Made by a program: the position numbers and the translations under genes. From Histomonas meleagridis 2922-C6/04-290x (taxonomy: Eukaryota > Protista > Parabasalia): 64,000 bases of DNA. Positions 56,091-64,000 of the stretch are shown piece by piece. Position 1 is the first letter of the stretch, and each line of letters starts with the position of its first letter. The DNA lies in NCBI GenBank assembly GCA_020184695.1, contig JAANOX010000280.1, positions 434,001 through 498,000 of the forward strand, written 5' to 3'. The notes beneath the pieces are model-generated. The model was not told the DNA's origin. It saw nothing but the letters and a program-made list of their open reading frames with translations, and searched no databases.

Positions 56091-59000
56091 ATGCACAAAG
56101 AAGAGCAAATAAACGAAATAAATCAAAAATCTCAAAACGAATTAGAAACATTAAACACATTCAAAAATATAATATTTTGCTTAAACATAAATAATTTTGC
56201 TCAAACAGTAGATTATATAAACAACAATTTTTGCGAAAATCATCCATTATCTTATCACTTAATTGTAAGTCGTATGATATGCGCATCATTTTTTATTAGA
56301 AATAATGATCTTGATATGAATATGTATTTGAAATTATTACAGGAAATCGAAAAAAAAAGAGGAAAATTATAAAACCACTTCAAAAATAATTGATGTATTT
56401 TCTCATTACCTTCTTAAAGAAAATACACAAGAATCATATTATTTTCTTAATTGTATGATTGAGCATAATTTACTTGAACCATAAAACATTCCAAAAGACA
56501 TTCCATTTTTCGTGCATTTAAATCAAGAAGAATTAAGTAAATTTAAAAATTGGTTTTGTCACGAAAATGTTAATTTTGAAGAACTAGAAAATAATAATTG
56601 GGAACTTCATAAGAAATTAATCAAAGAAGGACACAATCCGAATGAAATTGCGAAAATAATTCGGAATGATAAAATAGAAGAACTTCAAGAAATATCATCA
56701 CAAACAAATTTTGATTATAACCAAGAAATTGAACCATCACTTTATGAAAGATGTTCATTTATTAACAAATGGGATGTTACATTAATTGATTATGCAGCAT
56801 ATTTTTCTTCAGTTAAATGCTTTAAATATTTACTTATGAATAATGCAAATGTAAATAACACAGGTAAGTATGCAGTTGCAAGTGGGAACATTGAAATCAT
56901 TCATTTATGTGAACAAAATCATTCGACATTTGAATATGCATATGAAACTGCAATCCAATTTCATCGGAATGATATTTTTAAATATCTTTATGAGAATAAA
57001 TCAAACAAAATTCATAGTTTAGAAGAATTAGGGAAAAAATGTATTTTACATAATAATTTTGAAATTTATATATATTTACTAGAAAATGGAATGAAAATTA
57101 ATAATAATATTGTTAATTAATGAATCTGCAAGAATTGGAAACATTTTTCTTGTTAAATATTTCTTAAAAAATAAACAAATTCCTAAAAATATATTAGTTT
57201 ATTCATCAAGATCGTGTAACATTGAACTTGTTAAATATATTTTAACACAAAAAGAAATTGAAGTCAATGTTAAAAATATTTATTTGAATAAATCGAAATT
57301 TCAATATATTATTTGGAAATTATTCACATTATTTATGATAGTAATTATGTATGCATCTGAAAATGGCCACACAGAAATAGTTAAAATACTTCTTGAACAA
57401 AAAGGAATAGAGATTAATGCCAAAGATATTTGATCATTTGACATAAAATATAATTTTGCATTTTAAAATTCCAAAATAATATTTGAAATTTATCTAAAAT
57501 AATGAAAATTACTTAGAATATATGAAACAGCTCTTATGAAAATGGCCACACAGAAATAGTTAAATTACTTCTTGAACAAGAAGGAATTGATATTAATGCG
57601 AAAAATATTTATTTGTTTTATTTGAAATTTATTTTAATAATTTTATATTTCAAAATAATATTCGGAAATAATTTAGATTATTTGGTACAGCACTTGTATT
57701 AGCATCTAGATATGGTCATATAGAAATAGTTAAATTACTTCTTGAACAAGAAGGAATAGATATCAATGCTAAAGATATTTATTTGTTTTAATTATTATTT
57801 ATTGGTGATTTGGCATTTCAAAATAATATTTGGAAATTATTTAAATTATTTAATACAGCACTTATGTGGGCATCTTACAATGGGCATGCAGAAATAGTTA
57901 AACTACTTCTTAAACAAAAAGGAATTGATGTTAATTATAAAAATATTTTTGATTTTAACTTTGTATAGGGGGTGGAAAAAGTCTTTGCGTGCGAATTTTT
58001 TTATTCAAAATAATTAAGTAAATATTTTTTTAATTATTGCTAATTAATGTACTCCCCTTGGTTTTCAATTACCATGAAAAGTCGGTTCATCCATTCATTA
58101 TACACGGATTTAAATATATCTTTTGGTATATTGTATAGCAATTCAGTCACTTTTTCCAAAAGTTCATTTTCATCCTGAAATTCACATCCTTCTAGTAACT
58201 TTTTAACATACCCAAAGAGAAAAAAGTCCGAAGGAGCTAGATCCGGTGAGTACGGAGGATGATCAAGTCTTTTTATGCCTAAATCATTGAATTTTTGAGC
58301 AACCAAATGTGGTCTTGCATTATCTAAATGTAAAAAAAGTATCCTTTTGTTTTGATTTTTGAGCTAAATCTTCAAGAACAACTTCCGCAAAAAACTCCCT
58401 ATTAAATTTTCTATCGAGCGGAAGCATTGTAATTGATTTAATACCTGTTATTCCCCAAATAACAGATATCATTGCTTTTTTCGCTCCGATAGTTTGTTTG
58501 ACTTTTTGCGGACAAGGCTGCCTCGATTCAAACCACATTGTATTTCTAGGGTTTACAAAGTATACCCATGTTTCATCTTGTGTAAGAATCATCCTTATCT
58601 TTCTAAATGTGGTACCCATTTGAAATTTACCTTCCTCATTTGTAATTTGTTTATTAAAATATTTTTCACAGTTTTTATATCAGCATTTGTAATTTTAGCA
58701 ATTTTTTTGGTACTTGCATAAGGGTTTGACGTTAAAAAATTTCTGATTTTTGGCTCTAAATCGGTTCTTTCTGGTCTTCCTTTTCTGGGAAGATCAAAAA
58801 TCGTACATGTTCCTTCTCGTAACTTTTTTGTTCTATCTTGAATAGTTCTTAATGCGGGTGCATCATTTTTATATATACATCAAGCAACTCACTATATATG
58901 ATAGAATTATCTAATCCTTTTCTTCCAAAGGAAGTTGATAACTGCGCGGATTTCAACCTGAGTTTCATTCATTGAAAATGTTTAACGTTTTTCTGACAAT

Positions 59001-59318
59001 CCACTTTTTCTTGTATGAATTTTATTTGAACTAGTAAATAAAATGCCTTAGTTTTATTTTAAAAAATAATTCATTTAGAACATGTACTATTTAATAATAT
59101 ATTTCAATTTCTTATTAAATAACTTCATTACATAAAAAAAAGCTCGCGCAAAGACTTTTTCCACCCCCTATATTTATTCGTCCAATATAAAATTTCAAAA
59201 TAGTATTTGGAATTTATTCTCATTATTTATGTCAGCAGCTACGTATTCATTTTTTAGTCATAACACAGAAATATTTCAATTATTACTTGAGAACAAACAT
59301 AAATGCTTTATTTTTTAA
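56091..59318 (+). pseudogene. DUF3447/ankyrin gene with spacer-interrupted cassettes, frameshifts and a mariner insertion
   Basis: Family N-terminal domain. Cores start at 57338, 57527 (10-nt deletion), 57687, 57855 and 59232. Spacers are 57, 96, 77, 75 and 77 nt (the last reconstructed). Ends KCFIF-TAA at 59318. Confidence 0.75.
57966..59170 (-). mobile_element. Tc1/mariner DNA transposon, defective, 1205 bp
   Basis: 24-bp perfect TIR TAGGGGGTGGAAAAAGTCTTTGCG; TA duplication at 57964-57965 and 59171-59172. The transposase (58972-58040) has WVPH, TQDETW, HLDNARPH and YSPDLAPSDF, with frameshifts. Confidence 0.95.
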
Positions 59319-60003
59319 GGATCTGATTTTCTTTTATTCTTATAGCATGAAAATTATCCATTTTTAATTTTATCAGATAAAATTCTATTAAAAAAGAAAC
59401 GCAAAAATGAATTATTATTAAATTTATTGCGTGCCAAACTTATTCAGGTGAAATACCCTCCAAACTATCCCCAGTTCCTGGTATGATCAATAATCTGTGT
59501 TAAAGTATGAAAAACGTTACTTTTCTTGTGTAAATTTCTCAATTTCCAACTTTTTCATAATATATCTGGTCGTTGCCCATTTTTTCTTACAACTCTCGAG
59601 AATTTTTTCTGTAATGGATCCATTTTTTCTATCTTTCACTGATTTTATTTAGGACGACGTTAACACAATTTCCCCTCATTTTTATATGTATGCCTACTGG
59701 TTTATCATAGCAGTTTCTATCCAATTTGACAAATTACTAATAATAACTAAAAAATATTTAAAATAATGCTTCATATTATGAAGAATTCTTCATAGTGCAA
59801 AATTAATAATAATAATTAAGAAATCTCTCATATTTCGAGATAAACTTAGAATAGATGTTAAATATTTAAGTATACTATCTGCACAAATTAAAGTCATTAA
59901 TTTTCAACATGAAAACATTTTAACTTTGGCTTTGAAAAATATTTTATACAATCATTTAAATGAGCAATATTTCAAATAAAGACAATTTAAATTCTTTAAT
60001 TTA

Positions 60004-61536
60004 TTAAGTCGATTTTTCATTACGTTTTTTAAACTTTTCGATTCTTTTATGATATTGATCACAAAACCTTTCATAAAGCCTATTTGAAATTTGGCTTAAT
60101 TTACTAGGCTCTTCAATAAAACAAACGATTATGGTATCGAAAACTGCTTCTGTTGGTTTTATCAAGATGACAAACAAAGAATAAGTAAAATTAGCCGCCC
60201 AAATAAACGAGATAATTTCAAATCCACGAGGAGCAATAAATGATCCAAGAAGACCTGCTATCATCACATAAAATATTTCATTTAATGTGATTGTTGCAGT
60301 AATACATCCATCATGAACTAAAACATCGGAAAACTTACGGCATGAGAGTTCTGTCCAACGTCGACATCCTTCCATAAAAGGTACTCCATAAATAGCGCAA
60401 TAAGTTAATGACAATTTGGTAATAGCTGAAACCATTTTCTTCAAACATGATCTTAAATATTCGCAACAACAATAAATACATGGAATAAAACAACATGCGC
60501 GACCAAAGTATTTAAGAAGACTATTAAGATAATTCAAAACAGTAAGTAAAAGTCCTGCAAACGCTATACTTCCAAATGATGTTGTAAAAGATCGTTTTAA
60601 TGATCCGAGGAGTGGATACTTTGGGAAATATTCTGTTCCTTTTAAGAAATACCACGAGGCAGTTAAACCAGAGATTGACATATATACAATGTATCCCATT
60701 GTTTTTGTAACCCAGAAGAAAGAGAAAAACACAAAAATATCCCAAAACTTTGAGTCTACAAAATGAATGAATGCAAAAAGAAAATCAAAAAATGCTGTTG
60801 TTGCCATTAAAACTAAAGAATATATAAATATGAAAACAATAATTGATGGATATTTTCGAATAATAGTTGATGAAAGTTCCATTATATCTATTGAGAATTT
60901 AATAAAAAGTCTGATACATATGAATGCAATAAAAACTACAATTGCATATAGTACAGGGTAAACAAATAAATATTGAAGATGAAATACTTTAAAGTGCCAG
61001 ACAGAAATTCCTATTGCAATAATAACATTAAGTAATAAACTTAACTTCATATAAAAGCGAGGTAAAAATGTTGCATAAAGAAAATGAAAAAGATTTAATC
61101 CGAATGCAATAAGTGCATCAAAACAAAAAAATTTAATGAAATTTTCTATTTTCTGTACGTGAAAATCTATTAAAGATGATTGTGTATAATGAAGTTTATA
61201 TTTTTTATATATGATTACAAATAATGTAATTGTAGCGATAAGATTAATAAGAAATAGAAAAGCCCAAAAAATATCATTGCAACGCTTTTCTTTCTTTGTG
61301 TTATTAGAAAATTGTTCAGGCTCAAACTGTGTTGGATCATACCAATATTGTGAATATTGAGATTGATCAACAGGTATTTGATGCCATTGATCAAATTGAA
61401 TATGTTGATACTCAATATTATATGGATCATATTCATAATAATAATGATTTGCTTGATTTTGATCATAATTCTGGTAATATTGCTGTTGTGCATTTTGATT
61501 TTCGTAATTGATGTTTATATCGATATTATCTGCCAT
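60004..61536 (-). CDS. Choline transporter-like (CTL/SLC44) membrane protein with a Q/Y-rich N-terminus
   Basis: KRCNDIFWAFLF, TSFGSIAFAGLL and YCAIYGVPF; multiple TM helices. Confidence 0.88.
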   Translation of the reverse strand: MADNIDININYENQNAQQQYYQNYDQNQANHYYYEYDPYNIEYQHIQFDQWHQIPVDQSQYSQYWYDPTQFEPEQFSNNTKKEKRCNDIFWAFLFLINLIATITLFVIIYKKYKLHYTQSSLIDFHVQKIENFIKFFCFDALIAFGLNLFHFLYATFLPRFYMKLSLLLNVIIAIGISVWHFKVFHLQYLFVYPVLYAIVVFIAFICIRLFIKFSIDIMELSSTIIRKYPSIIVFIFIYSLVLMATTAFFDFLFAFIHFVDSKFWDIFVFFSFFWVTKTMGYIVYMSISGLTASWYFLKGTEYFPKYPLLGSLKRSFTTSFGSIAFAGLLLTVLNYLNSLLKYFGRACCFIPCIYCCCEYLRSCLKKMVSAITKLSLTYCAIYGVPFMEGCRRWTELSCRKFSDVLVHDGCITATITLNEIFYVMIAGLLGSFIAPRGFEIISFIWAANFTYSLFVILIKPTEAVFDTIIVCFIEEPSKLSQISNRLYERFCDQYHKRIEKFKKRNEKST

Positions 61537-62623
61537 GAGAAAAATTAAACTAAAAAATTTTGATTTAAGTTATGAATAAACTTAAAGTTTTATTATACTA
61601 AATAATTAAATTTAAAATGTCTTAAATTTTATAAATACTTTGAATTATAATAAATTAATTAATCCTCTGGATACTTTTTATGCAATAAACGATAGAACCA
61701 ATTTGCCTGTAGCTAAATTTCAAAGAAATTTATTGCTTTAAAGAAATTTCAAAGAAATTTTAACAATTATTTACACGTAGCTACATTTCGTACAACATAT
61801 TAATTTTTTGAAAAGGGTGCATCCCAATTTGAGTAAATTTGTTGATGATTTTTTGAAGTAATATTCACTAAGATCATCATCCAAATAAAATATATAAGCA
61901 ACGTACAATAAAAAAGACAATAAGATATTAAGCTATTGTTCATCTTTGAAAGTGCAACAAAAACCACTGTTTGCATCATGTTCATTTTTTACTCATTATT
62001 ATTTTGAATAAAAACACACAAATAAAATATACTCTTATTGTTGCGCTGTTTGTTCTTGATATTATCACTCAGATCTCTATTAAAAGTGAATTAAATCCTT
62101 TCATATTAACAGCATCCATAGCTTTTGTTCTGTCTCTACAAATTCACTTTTCCAAATGATAAAAGAGAGATTTTAACAGATCTTATTTTTTTCTTCCGTT
62201 GCAACGGCCTTTTGTCGAAAATTTCAAAAGATCACAACAATAACCGCTGACAGAAAAACACTGAACGTCCATTATTGTCGGTTTGACACAAATTTTGAGA
62301 ATTCAATAAGAACGTTAATATCTTTCATACGATAATTTTTTCTTGGTATCAACCGTTGGGCTATTTGAAAAACATTCACAAAATTGTTAGCATTGAATAT
62401 CAAGTAAAACCGTGTAAATTCTATGCTTTACAAAATGCGGTTCTGCAAACAATGCAATTTACAAATGGTTTGGACAAATCCAAAACATTTCAAGAAAAAT
62501 AAATATTCGAAAGACATCTACAATTTACTCAACAATCCAAACAATCCAAAGGTATTTACTACCTTTTCTATTATTACATCATCATTTGGACGTGGAAATC
62601 AGCGTCTATAAAAAACGTTGTAA

Positions 62624-63649
62624 TTATGCAAACGTGTGTTGCATTTTGGACTTTAGTCTGTTCTGTTGGTTATTTAATACACAAGCTTTTGTTCCTCGTC
62701 GATTCGATATAATTCGATTGTATGAAAACGACGCAGGAACGTGAGAAGGCTTCTTTATCTGTGGCGCTTGAGACACACCACCGGATGCAGGGCTCATAGA
62801 AGTGAAATTATGTTTCTGGATTTTGTCAAACAATGGCGAATTAACAAGATTCTGTAGTGGCTCTCTCTTTGCTGGATTTACAACAACCATTGAACGTATT
62901 AAATTACAGAAATCGCGATCTGCGTGAGTTGGGAATGTAAGCATCCCTAAACTGATGGCCATATCCATGTCTTCCTCAGTACATTCGCCCCACGGAAGAT
63001 AACCAAATGCGATCGCATAAAAGGTTGTCCCAAGAGACCAAATATCTGCAAGAAATGGATCAACATTTTTTCGAAGAATGACTTCTGGAGCCATGTGCTG
63101 ACGAGAGCCGCTAAAGCTGTTGATAAGTTCACCTTTCTTGAGCATTTTGCTGAGTCCAAAGTCGGCAAGTTTGATTCTCCCATAGTTATCTAAAAGAATA
63201 TTGGACGGCTTTATGTCTCGGTGAGCTATGTTTTGTTCATGGCAATGTAAGAGAGCGTTTAAAATTTGATAACAATATGAATATAATAATGGGGGTTTAA
63301 TCGGGCCTTTCCTCTCAATTAAGTCTTTAAGGGACCCGCCGCGGCAATATTCTAAAACAATGTATAAAAATGAAAGGGTACGATCAAAAAAGAATTCATA
63401 CATTGAAATTATGTTTGGATGACATAATCTAATAAGTGCTGTTGCTTCATTTTCTGCATAGCCATCATAGTTTCCTTTATGGATTTGGATTCTTTTGATG
63501 CAGAAATCTTGATTATATTGAGAAGAACGTACGATAAAAACGCTTCCGCATCCTCCCTTCCCTAAGAACTTCGCATTGTAGTAACTGTGTTCAGGAAAAA
63601 GCTCTTCAGTTTCTTTTATGTCGAGTTGTGGGGAAGGATCAAAAATCAT
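62624..63649 (-). CDS. CAMK-group Ser/Thr protein kinase
   Basis: LGKGGCGSVF, HPNII, HRDIKPSN, LADFG, APE and DIWSLG. Confidence 0.93.
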   Translation of the reverse strand: MIFDPSPQLDIKETEELFPEHSYYNAKFLGKGGCGSVFIVRSSQYNQDFCIKRIQIHKGNYDGYAENEATALIRLCHPNIISMYEFFFDRTLSFLYIVLEYCRGGSLKDLIERKGPIKPPLLYSYCYQILNALLHCHEQNIAHRDIKPSNILLDNYGRIKLADFGLSKMLKKGELINSFSGSRQHMAPEVILRKNVDPFLADIWSLGTTFYAIAFGYLPWGECTEEDMDMAISLGMLTFPTHADRDFCNLIRSMVVVNPAKREPLQNLVNSPLFDKIQKHNFTSMSPASGGVSQAPQIKKPSHVPASFSYNRIISNRRGTKACVLNNQQNRLKSKMQHTFA

Positions 63650-64000
63650 ATGACAGGGTCAACTTTTTTTAGGATTTCAATAGCTCTTTCAAACATATAG
63701 AAATAATGATTAAATTTTCCGGTCTGTCTATTGAAAACGGAATTTGTTGTAAAATTATAACATTTTGAGAAACAGAACGTTTTTTCTTAGTTTTCTGTGA
63801 AAAAGTTTGAACAATAAATTAAACAACAATAATGTCGTAAACTGATAACATGTCAATAGAAGAAATACAATCAATTTTTTCACAAATTATTTTTACTATA
63901 CATTAAATTTTTAATTTCTAGTTAATAAACTTAGTTGATCTTTTTTATTATTTTCGTAAATATTATTATTGATATATGGAATAATTCATGATGAAGATAT

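Noticed and set aside
61971-62611. Small plus-strand ORFs between the CTL and kinase genes
   Set aside because: About 60 aa each, with no motif or clear promoter evidence.

Overview
AT-rich eukaryotic DNA from a parabasalid (trichomonad), inferred to be Tritrichomonas-like. The evidence is DUF3447/ankyrin genes, BspA-like proteins, TCAYT initiators just upstream of ATGs, TAAA stop/poly(A) signals, and long genes with no GT-AG introns. Ordinary genes include enolase, an EF-hand protein, a DH-PH RhoGEF, a SCY1-like pseudokinase, a TPR protein, a profilin-like protein, a phospholipase B-like protein, a multi-GAF phosphodiesterase, a WD40 protein, actin, an inositol polyphosphate kinase, a CTL/SLC44 transporter and a CAMK kinase. 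There is also a bacterial-type PARG, a Mutator-like element with a 9-bp TSD and a mariner element. The main unexplained structure occurs at five ankyrin loci on both strands. Every ankyrin repeat there is an open cassette of about 93 nt, and consecutive cassettes are separated at the same codon position by a conserved AT-rich spacer. Of 27 spacers counted by hand, 18 are exactly 77 nt, which shifts the frame. Many spacers contain stops, they lack conserved GT-AG ends, and they are built from 20-nt subunits. The cassettes stay open, and two arrays end in a CaaX-like C-terminus. I infer a non-canonical intron, translational-bypass or cassette-assembly system; RNA evidence is needed. The assembly also appears to carry homopolymer indel errors (e.g. 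in actin), so isolated 1-nt frameshifts are not interpreted.
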